Shown here piece after piece: positions 1 through 11,217 of a stretch of 64,000 bases of DNA; the first letter of the stretch is position 1, and each line of letters begins with the position of its first letter. The position numbers and the translations under genes are program-made. Source of the stretch: Hormiphora californensis (taxonomy: Eukaryota; Animalia; Ctenophora); NCBI GenBank assembly GCA_020137815.1, contig CM035350.1, positions 1,736,001 through 1,800,000 on the forward strand. Reading direction: 5' to 3'. Below the pieces are notes generated by a model. The model saw only the letters and a program-made list of their open reading frames with translations, was not told the origin of the DNA and did not search any database.

Positions 1-39
1 GACCAGGAGTTTTCTAGTTCCGACTATAGTTCAGACAAG

Positions 40-2017
40 TCAAGAATTGACACTTGATCTACCTAGTGTGTGACGTCATCCATAGTGTGACGTCAATAGC
101 ATATATGACGTCACTACTCACCCTGGCAGACCTGCATGTTCCTGACCAGCATTATTGAGGGCATGTTATTCCTGTTCACAGTTGCTACCTTGTTAACACT
201 GGGGTACACTGGGCTAAACATCCTCTCCTCCGCACCGTTCACATACAGATAACCTGTAGATAGAATAAGGGTTCGGTTTATAATTGTCAAGTTCGTTTGT
301 TTGAATGTGGGCTCATGACTGTGATAGAGAGGGATTTGATAGAGAGGGACTATGATGTTTTAAATGTAGTCTAGGTCCCCCTGGATCGGTAGGTGACCAA
401 CCGCAGTAGTGACTAGTGGGTGGTGCCTCATGAAAAAAGTCAGTTCAAATAATATAAGAGAAGTAGTTTTGATATCTCCTTCTGGTGATCAACACACACA
501 CACGCCCTCTGTACAACAGTTTAATGGGGAATCTCACACATACACGGGCAGAACTCGGTTAAGGAGGGATTAATTAGTATTCTGAATAATGAGTTCAGAG
601 CAAGAATTAAATAGGGAAGAAAATCGAAAAATACCTACTGGGTTTGACCGGGAATTGAACCAGGGACCTCCAGAGAGACATGCTCGGAGCTATAAACCAC
701 TAAGCTACCAAACCCTATATAGCTCCGAGCATGTCTCTCTGGAGGTCCCTGGTTCAATTCCCGGTCAAACCCAGTAGGTATTTTTCGATTTTCTTCCCTA
801 TTTAATTCTTGCTCTGAACTCATTATTCAGAATAATATAAGAGGTGTCATATTTCTTACGGAATGGTTCTAGAAAACATATTATATGTTCCCATGATGGG
901 GACGCACAGAACAAACCAAGAAGAGGGCACGTTATCAGTGACCCCGGCCGTGACTCGATTATTACCTTTTCCATCCTCCATCTTGACAGCAATGCTGAAC
1001 TCAGCTCCTACAGAGTTCACACAGGATCCAAAGTCTCTCCCGAACAGTAACCCATTGTCAACATAACCAATCTCCCAACAAAACTCTTTCCCTTGGGTTT
1101 GTGGCCTGAGAAAAAGAGGATGTAATGTTTTGAAGTTGGCATAGGGGCGGGCTACTTCATGCCTGATATCTAACCCACAACTCCACCCCTATTTTCTCAT
1201 CTCTGATAAACAAATCCATCCCTATTTTCTCACCTAACGTATGCTATATCATAGTTCTTGCTATCCACCATGTTAAAGGCGAGGCCATTGTAGGCGTTAC
1301 TTTTAGAGTACTTTCCCAGCGACATCTGCTTCAGGTCCGCTGATACAATGTAGTTCTTGGCCTTTCCAAACGCACCTAACGAGTGGTTACATGGTGGTTA
1401 CAGGGTGGTTAAAGAGTGGTTACAGGGTGGTTACAGGGTGGTTAGAGAGTGGTTACATGGTGGTTACAGGGTGTTTACAGAGTGGTTACAGGGTGGTTAC
1501 AGGGTGGTTACAGGGTGGTTACAGAGTGGTTACAGGGAGGTTACAGAGTGGTTACAGAGTGGTTACAGGGTGGTTACAGAGTGGTTACAGGGAGGTTACA
1601 GAGTGGTTACAGGGTGGTTAAAAAGTGAGACCTAGTGTTGTAACACTGACAGAATTAATCAACTGACCTTGTTTAGCCCTGCCATACCCTGGTCCGCTGG
1701 TACAGAAGTCCATATTCTTGATACTAGTGATGGCCTCCTGCACGTACCCTCCCAGTTCTTCATTGTCCACCTTACTCTTACAACCAGCAGTAGAGGCAAC
1801 AGTGAAGTCAGTAAAACACGAATACGAATCACCAACTGCAATTATAAAAACATTAAATGGGTCTTGCTGCTCTTATACTTACTCAAGAAACTAATCAAAC
1901 ATGTTATAACGAGAGAGATATATCGAGTTAGAACAACTCACTAAAAGAAGTGTCTGACGAGGTGTAGGTTGTAGCTGGCAGTCCTGCTAACAGGACGAGA
2001 AACGATAGCACCCTCAT
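40..2017 (-). CDS. Secreted ~225-aa protein, ConA-like lectin/glucanase (DUF1080-like) beta-sandwich candidate; about 6 exons
   Basis: Manual splicing: signal peptide MRVLSFLVLLAGLPATT (ATG 2017). Further exons at ~1669-1835, ~1236-1375 (YNGLAFNMVDSKNYDIAYVR), ~966-1105 (FSIAVKMEDGKG), ~123-253 (YLYVNG) and ~40-62 (stop), with GT-AG boundaries. Fold guess rests on the GLxF...D..NY and I.V...G....YVNG pattern only. Confidence 0.6.
578..834. repeat. Perfect inverted repeat (117-bp arms, 23-nt loop) built on a tRNA-derived sequence
   Basis: 578-694 is the reverse complement of 718-834; the mirrored ORFs on both strands reflect this. Confidence 0.95.
639..715 (-). pseudogene. tRNA-like sequence (tRNA pseudogene or tRNA-derived SINE head)
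   Basis: Acceptor stem GGGTTTG/CAAACCC+A, A-box TAGCTTAGTGG and B-box GGTTCAATTCC are present; the anticodon arm is irregular. Confidence 0.7.
1378..1622. repeat. 11-bp minisatellite (GRGTGGTTACA)n, intronic
   Basis: About 22 tandem units; explains ORFs 1357-1635 and 1391-1621. Confidence 0.95.
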
Positions 2018-2221
2018 AGTTAACGGGAATGAGATAGAGAGCTGCTCTGTGACCAGATCTGTTAGGAGAGTCACGTGACACACAGAGACCCTGAGTAATG
2101 TCGTTAGGAGTAGTGGTGGTGCAGTGATTCCCGGGATCATTACTTTTCACTCCTCTGTACCTGTAAGAAGTTCAACCTCCTATGTGGTGACACACATACT
2201 ATAATACCATTACTATCCCAG

Positions 2222-5083
2222 GAAGAAGGAATTGGAGAAGAGGGAGAAGGAGCACAATAGTGAATACAATGCTCTGGTAGATAGTCTGAAGAAGGAGAAG
2301 GCTAAGTTAACTAAGGAACATGATAACCAGAGGAAGATAACCAAGAAGTCACTGAAGAGGGGTGTTGAACCAAACTTTGAACCCCTCGAGACGGAGGAGG
2401 AGCAGAGACTCAGACATTGCGAACGACACGAAGATCTCAGTAGGTTTTTCACACCAAATTAAAGTTACTTATATGGTTCGATCTCCTCAATCATTCGAGT
2501 GACTTGCTTCCGATATCCTCACATCCGATATCTCAATCTTACCCGTTCTCTAACCACATTATACACACAGGTAGGCTCCAGAAGCAGGCCATGTTGGATC
2601 TGGAGACCAAGTATCTGGAGGTGACAAGGATGATCGTGGTGCAACGTGCCAAGGATATATTTGATGCTGAAGAGAAGTTCTGTGGGCAAATGTTTGATTT
2701 GGGGATGGAGCAGCTGAAAGTTAATTTCGAAATGCAGCACTCACACAACAAGGTAAATCTCACTTATGTGACCTGGCTATATAATGGGGTTTATTTTCGT
2801 CTATCTAATTCATCGTATCACCCCATCCCTCTCACTCATCCCTATCACCCCACTGACCCACCCAACACCCCTCTCACCCAACACTATTCATCAGGTGAAG
2901 CACGAGAAGGAGCAGTTGTTCACCCAGAGAGTGCTGCATTTAGAGGAGCAGGAGCTACTGAAACAGCAGGAAGTTGACAGGAAGAATGTGCCGAGAAAGA
3001 TAAAGGAGGACAAGAATAGGAGGATTGATGGTATCAACAAGAGTATATCCCTTCTTAACCGATCTGAGAAGAAGAAATATCGTGAACAGGTTAGAATAAC
3101 CATCCACATCACTCAGCCCATCTTAGGGATTATAGCTGCCTGTCTGGCTGCCCCAATCTGAGCTCACTAGTATAGGTTCAGCGGTACCAACAGAGTAACA
3201 GACAGATGGCTTCATGTTTAAAACCACCCTCTTATGACACACATTTCCCTAACACCACCCCTCCCATCAGTTCAAAGTTGAGCAGAAGGATAGAGAGGAG
3301 GAGATCTGGAAGGAGGTACGAGAGATCCAGAGGGAGCAGATGACTAACTTCCAGACTCGCAAGAAGGCTACTGTTGAGAGATGTAGAAAGGTGCAACTAG
3401 ACACTGAGGCGACCCTGCTGGAAACCCAGCGCAACAAGAAGACAGAGAGGACCGATCTGTATGAGCAGGAGAAGAGGAAGATAGGGAGGAAATATGAGGA
3501 GAAGGTGGAGGCATTCGAAGAGCGGCATGTGCAGAACAAGGCTAATGTCGAGAAATATTATCAGAAGATTGGAAACCTAGCTCCTAGGAGTTTCACCCTT
3601 ACCTCCACACCATCCCGTCTTCACATATACAGTGTTTCCACACTAGGTAACTACTGGTTATCACTGATAGCCCTATAGGGATAACTGGTACATCTCGCCT
3701 TCGATCTCTAGGCCTACCAACTTCTCTCTAGGTTTACCAATAATCCTCTCCCTCCCCAGGTCTGCCAACTCGATCCAGTACAATCAGTAGTTCCCACAGC
3801 AGATCACAATCAGCCTCTGTATCAGAGGGGTCCTACCAAAGCAGCCAGAGATCACAGTCCCTGGCTGACATCTCAGCAGCTAGTGACTCTCTCCGACTAA
3901 ATGTAAGTCTCCAATATCTTGCGTGTCTCTTTTACTCTCTAGTGGTAGATCTCGCACAAAATGAAAGTTGTTTCCAATGTTCTTACAATCAACCCCCCTC
4001 TATAACTTGTTGACTAACAACCCCCTCTCTATAACAGGAACAGTTTGGGTTCCTGAATGATGAGGACACTGCTACGGACCCCACTACATCCTCTCTCCGC
4101 CCAGTGGCCCTCTCTCCGGACCTACCACCCCCTCCCCCACCTGAGGAGCTCCTAGAATCACCCCTCAGGGGACTAGAGGGTGCTGCAAAACACCGTCAAT
4201 CCCCAGAATCGACACCCAGAAACCACCCTCACCACAACATGAGGCTGTCCCCTGAAGCGACCCCCACCAACCATCACCACCAGCCCCCAGTTGATAGTTT
4301 CACTAAGGATGCTGATAACTCTCTTGGAAGTGGGTCCAGCACACCGGGTCCCTCCTCCCCTGTGTCTTCATCCCCTGACCCACCAGCAGGGCCTAGCAAC
4401 GCGGCACCTCCTAAACCACGGAAACCATCCATGGACTATCGGTATGATACTACAAAATATCTTAGTCCTATTTTCGGAGAGGCGGTGGGTATTATTCCTT
4501 ACTCCTCTCTAAAGTTGTTGACTAAGGGGCGGAGTCTCTCACCCCTTATTCAACAACTCTAAAGGGTAAATTTATCCCATTTTCCCATTACCTTGACAAA
4601 ATATATTTTTCTAAAAAAGATCGCAATATCTCACCACCAATACCAGTACATATCCCTTCAGAGAGAGGTATTTCTCAGGGGGGCACGAGTACACCCCCAG
4701 ACTAAGGGGCAGCAGCTCCACAGATAACGTCAAGTCTTCTTCATCCCTAGCCCCAGCTAAACCCAGCCGGGCTGCTACCCTCAACCGAATTAGACCGAAG
4801 GAGGTGAGTTAGAGCATTTGCTTGTTAGAGCATAATACTATTGTTTTAGTTTTTAAATTAAGATGTAGCACATTGAATATCTTGAAATATATGGGTTTTG
4901 AATCGATGTGTTATGACGATCTATAAAGCATTGTGTGTCAGTGTGTGTACTGTGTGTTATACCGTGTACTGCCCGCTATAATACTAGTAAACAGAGTCTT
5001 GTAATCAGCGGCAGAACGTTTATGAAGACCTCTTCTAGCGGTGGACCGGGCCAGACGACGAGGAAAAGGGATTTAAACAAATG
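2222..5083 (+). CDS. 3' exons of an STE20-like kinase (SLK/STK10) gene: PKK coiled-coil region plus Pro/Ser-rich tail; kinase exons not in window
   Basis: Spliced peptide MEQLKVNFEMQHSHNKVKHEKEQLFTQRVLHLEEQELLKQQEVDRKNVPRKIKEDKNRRIDGINKS resembles the recalled SLK PKK segment QQLKDQYFMQRHQLLKRHEKE...ERARLPKIQR. The first visible exon starts at an acceptor without ATG. The stop is uncertain (5038 or 5083). Confidence 0.65.
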
Positions 5084-5212
5084 AGAAGAGCTCTCTCCGC
5101 CGTAATTCATCACTCTCACTGATACTGGTGACTTGTTGAGTAACAACCCGTGTGATATATTGGGACAGTGCTGTTTTCTAGTTTTGTAGAACTAAAGAAC
5201 TCTGTTTGTTTA

Positions 5213-5329
5213 GGTTTTTTGTAAAAGGTTTTGTTAAGGGAAATACTGGTCCCTGATTGGATGATAACCAGTCACGTGACCTAGATAACAAGTTCTGACT
5301 GGTTTTTTGTAAAAGGTTTTGTTAAGGGA
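5213..5329. repeat. Short interspersed repeat fragment flanked by 29-bp direct repeats
   Basis: GGTTTTTTGTAAAAGGTTTTGTTAAGGGA at 5213 and 5301 flanks CTGATTGGATGATAACCAGTCACGTGACC, which resembles an abundant Pleurobrachia repeat (from memory). Confidence 0.6.
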
Positions 5330-6550
5330 GCTGTATGGTAGTTATAATGAATAATTGGTAACAATGATATATCTGTAGAGAAATTGTAAAGAAATCTGTA
5401 TGTTTTTCTGGCTATAGCAGTTAATTGTCAATATAATGACAAATCTTGTAAGCGGCGGCGTTTCACTTTTTAAATCTTTTATTTGATATATTTTCTTGTA
5501 TACGTTAGAAAATTAAGAAGAGAGAGAGATGCGGGATGAGGAGGGGAAATCTAATATTCTCATTTCAAAGTGTTCTATTAATCCAGGATTTCTAAATGAA
5601 CGTGTAATTATCTCTTCTCTGTGTGTGTACATGTACCGTGACAAATTTTATTCGCCTTTCAACAATCCAACGTGTATGAAAAACATTTCTTTAAAAAGGG
5701 CACACTGTGCGTGTTCAAAGTGTGTCCTTTTAGTTTTCCTAAATGGAGAATGGTGAGGTCATCCCAACAACTCTGGAGAGCGGGTTAACCAAACAACTTT
5801 GTTGTAGGTTGAATGACTCATTATAGTCACTCATTAAGCCCAACTACCTTCTGTTGTAATAACACGTTAAACAACTTCTCTATTGTGTTACACAACAAAG
5901 TGCTAACTTGCCAGAAAAACAACACAGATCGTTGAACAAAGAGTCAATTTGACCACCTGGGAGAGTGAGAATCCTAAATGTAGGACAACGTGTAGTGCGT
6001 ACCTAATGACCTTGATTCTCAGGAGGTTTTACCAAGCCGCTACCATTGCGTTTCATACCGGCCCAATTGGATGTGGGAGTTTTAACTTTAAGACATGCCC
6101 ATTACAACAAGAGGGCGTGGTGCTACTTCTATCCCTCTTACCGCACCAATTTCAACTTCCTTAGCTAGGTGAGGGAGATTTCTCATAAATCCTACGACCT
6201 CTCACAGGCCATCTTTTGTTGTTGAGTAAGGGGACTCAACAAATCCTTTGTGTATTGATTAATGGCTAACGACTCGTTACCATTGTTTATCTTTTCTTTG
6301 TCACTGAACAAAAAGTGGTAGACTCAGAATCAGTGCGAAATGAAAGAGAGATAGTGGGGAGATGAAGAAGAAGAAGAGAGATGGATAGCTTCTGGTTTTT
6401 GCCATCTAGAACGAAAAGAAGGTGCTAAAACTCTCATGGTGACCAGGTGGTGCAACTAATCAGTCTCTGTAAATCCAGTTCAATCGAACAATGCCGGCTC
6501 CAGGACGGTGTCATGTAAAAAACACACGTCACGTCAGGACGATGTAAAAT

Positions 6551-6574
6551 GTCACGTGACCCAGGTCTATATAT
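6551..6574 (+). promoter_or_regulatory. GTCACGTGAC E-box (CLEAR-like) and TATA-like element upstream of cathepsin
   Basis: GTCACGTGAC 6551-6560 and TATATAT from 6568; ATG at 6621. Confidence 0.4.
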
Positions 6575-6620
6575 CCCCTCCCATCCTCCCCGCTATGCTG
6601 ACAATATTTTTGAGATCATT

Positions 6621-9600
6621 ATGATGAAGTGGTTTGTGTTGAGTTTGTTGGTGGTGTTGGCTGTGTCCCACAGGGTGGATGAGGAGGACGATATAGAGGA
6701 TGTGGATATCCGCCAGATGGACCTCAGGAAGGAATTCTCTTCCTTCGTCAGGGTGAGTTGAACAGTGGTTAACCACTCAGTTCCCTGTTTTCCAATCCCT
6801 CTTTCCCAATTCAATCCCTCTTCCCCAATCCAATCCCTCTTCCCCAATTCAATCCCTCTTTCCGAATTCAATGCCTCTTCTCCAATCCCCGTTCCCCGAT
6901 CCCTTTCCTCAATCCCCCTTCTCCGATCCCTCAGGAATATCCAGTATAATAACCCACCTCCTCCCTCCAGAAATACAAGCACAGCAAGGGTTCCCTAAGG
7001 AGCAACGGAGACGTCAAGAAGAGGTATAACATCTTTGCCAGGAACGTTAAGAGCATCAAGGCTCACAACAAGAAACATGATAGCTTCCGGATGGAGGTTA
7101 ACGAGTTTGCTGATCTGACTCTCCGAGAGAGGAGTCAGTTCACCGGACTGGGCAACTTGTCCGCTGTGGTAGAGAAACAAATGGTAGGTGGTCAAGATAG
7201 AGGGTAAACCCTGTTTTACAGTGGCGATTTGGGGGTTCAGTATTGGGTCAGAAATAAACTATCACTGGGTATAGTATGACAGCTAGGACTTGCAGTTTCA
7301 AATACTAGGCTGTCCAGTATTGATTGTCGTTGGGCTTTTATGAGACAATGGTTTGAGATAAGGCAAAATGGACTTCACCACCGTTTTTCTCACGCGTTTT
7401 TGGATCGGAATAAGATGCCCGGTATCGGTATTTGGTTGTTCTCGGTTCCGAGCAGGCTATTTTCTCTACCCCACTCTTGTTACCGCTGCATATTAAAAAT
7501 CGCGATTTTCGAGTTTTAGCACCAAAACTGCTGTACTTCTTAAAAATGGTACCTGAGTGATGTTTTGTTGCATCAAGCTTGTTCATTGGACAATTATCTA
7601 TCGTTTAAGATGTAATAAAATGTCCTATCTTTATTTTGTCACTCGGCAATGGGCCTCCAAAAAGTTTTAGTCAAAATTAGAAACTTTCACTTCCGGGTCT
7701 CATCAGGATTGGCTTATAATCAAAAACTCTGCAGTAAAAGATAGTTCTAAGTAAGTTCTAAGACGTAGTGAAGCCAATTATGTGATTGGTTGACTTTTAA
7801 AGTGACTAATTGGCGTTTTCGAACACATCCCCAAAACGGACCAGTTTTTGTGTGCACTTTTTCGCTTTTTCGTGTTACATTTACTGTTCTAGAGGTTATA
7901 AGTGAACACTTAGAGACCCACATCGCATACATATTTCATCCTTAGACGATTGTCTATCGATTGAGCACTACGGGAGCTGAAGAAACCGTACCAATTTTCT
8001 TCCAGCAGCGTTTAAAAAACATTGGTAACCCCGTGCAGCAGCAACAAGAGTGGGGTAGAGAAAATAGCCTGGTTGGAACCGAGAACAATCATATACCAAT
8101 ATCAGGCATTAAATTCCAATCTAAAATCGTGTGAGAAAAACGGTGGTGAAGTCCATTTTGCCTTATCTCAAACCATTTTTCCATAAAAGCCCAACGACAA
8201 TCAATACTGGACAGCCTAGTATGTGGTATATAACTGTGAATCCTATACTTCTGTAGACGAGGCGATCTGCTCTGCAACTGAGGGAGGCTGCCCCCGCTGC
8301 CTATGATCACAGGGACGAGGGTCATGTGAGTCCTGTCACCAACCAGGGAGACTGTGGATCCTGCTGGAGTTACGGAGTGGTGAGTTGTTCAGCACAAATA
8401 ACTATTAAATATTAGCAGTTATTTGTCAGAACAGTACAGTGAGTACCTGTACATAATTCGGGTCTTTTCTTACTTTCTTTCTGCATCACATCTCCTCTTT
8501 TTACTACAATTATAACGTCCCCTCCCCCTTTTCTAACATTCCCCGGTCCCCTCTCTCCCTTCTCTAACATCCCCTCTCTCCAGGTGTATCCCCTAGAAGG
8601 AGAGGTATCTATCCTGTCTGGAAAGGACGCCCCTGCTCTATCGAACCAGCAGATTCTATCTTGTGCCTACGAAGATGAGGAGGACAGGAACGGATGTAAC
8701 GGTATGTAGTGCATTATAATGTGGACCACTTTGAAATGGTTCGATAAGACGGCTCTCCATCGTCACAATGTGATAACATCACAATTCTGTATCTCTACAT
8801 CAGCTCCCCACCTGATATATCTCCTGCAGGTGGATGGTACATGGATGGATGGGACTATACCAAGAAATCTGGTCACCTCACTTACCTCTCTGATGAGCCC
8901 TACCTGGGTATTGACATGCACTGTGACCCTGATATCCTAACTAAACCCAACGGGCTCGCTGGGTACCGGGTCACCGGGTACGACAGTGTAAGTGTTGTGA
9001 CAACAACCCACTCACAACCCCTTACTCAACAAGTGTTACCATCAATCAAATCCCACTCACAACCCCTCATCCATCCATCAGTCTCATCCACAATTCAATG
9101 CCCTAAATTAGGGCCCCTAATGACATCATTACTTGATGTAACAGGAATGTGTAACACCCCCTTCTGCTTCCAGGTACCCCAGGGGGATGATGCCTCTCTT
9201 GCCCTCTTCTCCTCCAAGCACGTCCTTGCTGTGGCCGTGGAGTCTCTCGGTCTCTTCTTCTACGAGAGTGGAATCTTCAGGGACGAGTACTGTGAGAAAC
9301 CTGCTGCGGTGGATCACGCTGTCAACCTTGTTGGATACAGCACTGATGCTTGGATCGTTAAGAACAGGTAACAGCTCACTGTCTACTCTCTAGTTGTCAT
9401 GGTAACATTACCCTAAGAATAGCTCTGGCACTTGTCAGCGCGATACCTGACCTGCGAGCACATGAGAAGGGCTTGACAGCTGATCGTTTAACACGTCCCT
9501 TTGTTTCAGTTGGGGTGAGAGCTGGGGAGAGAAGGGATATGTTAGGATGGCCAGGGACCTACCCAGTCACTGTGGTATTGCTGACTACGCTTACTTCCCC

Positions 9601-9633
9601 CTGGTAGAAAGGATAACTGAAGAAGAAGAGTAA
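6621..9633 (+). CDS. Cathepsin L-like papain-family (C1A) cysteine protease, about 7 exons
   Basis: Signal peptide [16 protein letters not shown]; I29 propeptide with ERFNIN-like [17 protein letters not shown] and NEFAD; catalytic motifs [20 protein letters not shown] and [13 protein letters not shown]. Confidence 0.92.
7305..8219. mobile_element. Non-autonomous DNA transposon (MITE/foldback), ~185-bp imperfect TIRs, TA TSD, in cathepsin intron
   Basis: TA|CTAGGCTGTCCAGTATTGATTG ... CAATCAATACTGGACAGCCTAG|TA. Confidence 0.85.
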
Positions 9634-9879
9634 ATTACCTAGAGAGGGAGAATATACCTTTCTTATTAATACAGTTCCGGCCTTTATTTCTCTCTAAGAA
9701 GGAAACACACTAATTCACCTTAATTCGCCCCTCCCCTCCATCTCCTATACACGCACAACTAGCTGCCACACACAACTGCTTGTTGCTGTGCTACAAAGCA
9801 GCTACTATAATCCTTGTATAATCCGGGGTATAACAGTTAAAATGTCACACGGTATTCCTCTCACTTCACTTTTGTATAT

Positions 9880-10532
9880 AGTGGCCTCTCTTTCTGTTTT
9901 GCGAAGAAAAACTGATATCTTTCTCTCTTTCTCCATCTCCCTCTATTATTTCTCTCCCTATCTCTGATTTGGCAGCGAAGCTGCCAACGACGTCGGAGGT
10001 ACAGGGGTCAACGATGTCGGAGGTAAGGGCCACGGGGGTGGCGCGACATCGTCGGAGGTACAGGGGATTGCGCGACATGCCCAAATCTCTGATCCATCTC
10101 TTCTTTTTCTCTCTGATCTCTTTTTCTTTTTCACGAATGTGTATGTAATCTGTGTGTATTCTGTATTCATCGCTCTCCCTCTCTCTCTCTTTTACGGAGA
10201 GCGCGTTATCTTTACCACACACACACCGCGACAGTTCACTTGTACTCACACTCGTTTTGTTGCCCCCAGTCGTTTTGTTGCCCCCCCCCCCCTGGGATGG
10301 TTTTCCTGCTACACCATGAGTCCGTCTGTCTACTGTGAATCCCGGGTTACTTTAGCCAATCAGGTGCACCTCTCATCAGGGGGGCACTAATTGGGGGACA
10401 CAGTGATTTGCAAGGAAGTCGTGGTAGACATGTCACGTGTCAAGTCACATGACCACACCCCCCCACTACTGCAGAGAGGGGGTCCTGTAGCATTTCCTAT
10501 AACAGGGTACACCCTCTATCTCTCTCTATCTA

Positions 10533-10604
<72 letters not shown>

Positions 10605-10934
10605 CAGTTTTGAATATTGCTGTGATGCCTTCCCCTCTCGATAGAGGGTTCTCAACTTGTTGTAGTGCAATTGTAGCTAGGTGGGTACCTATTCTAGCAC
10701 TTGTTTGATGCAGGGCAGCACCCTATGTAGCATGTTATAGCACACCACACAGCACTTCACCATTCTTATAGCAAACACAGCTAGTGGGTGCAGTAGCCAG
10801 CAACTACCATGTTTTAGCTAGCATGCTTACTACATATGTTATCTTTATTCATGTTTACGTAACATTAATAAACTGCGACCATGTGATTCAGAACTCTCTC
10901 TCTCTTTATCTCTCTTTATCTATCTCTCTATCCA

Positions 10935-10967
<33 letters not shown>

Positions 10968-11165
10968 TCTCTGAAAGCGAGAGACGAGATGATGCGTTAG
11001 GAGAGAGATAGAGAGAGCGCTCGAGCGAGCGCTCGAGCGAGATGCGAGATAGAGCGGATCGAGAGAAAGATAGTAGGAAAGCTCTCTTTATCAATATCTC
11101 TCTACTCTCTCTCTTCGCTCTCTTAGCTCGCTCTCTCTATCACTATCGATCTCCTTCTGTCGCTC

Positions 11166-11217
<52 letters not shown>

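Noticed and set aside
639-715. Functional tRNA gene
   Set aside because: Irregular anticodon arm, mismatched T-stem and extra bases; treated as tRNA-derived.
589-823. Mirror-image 62-aa ORFs
   Set aside because: Product of the inverted repeat.
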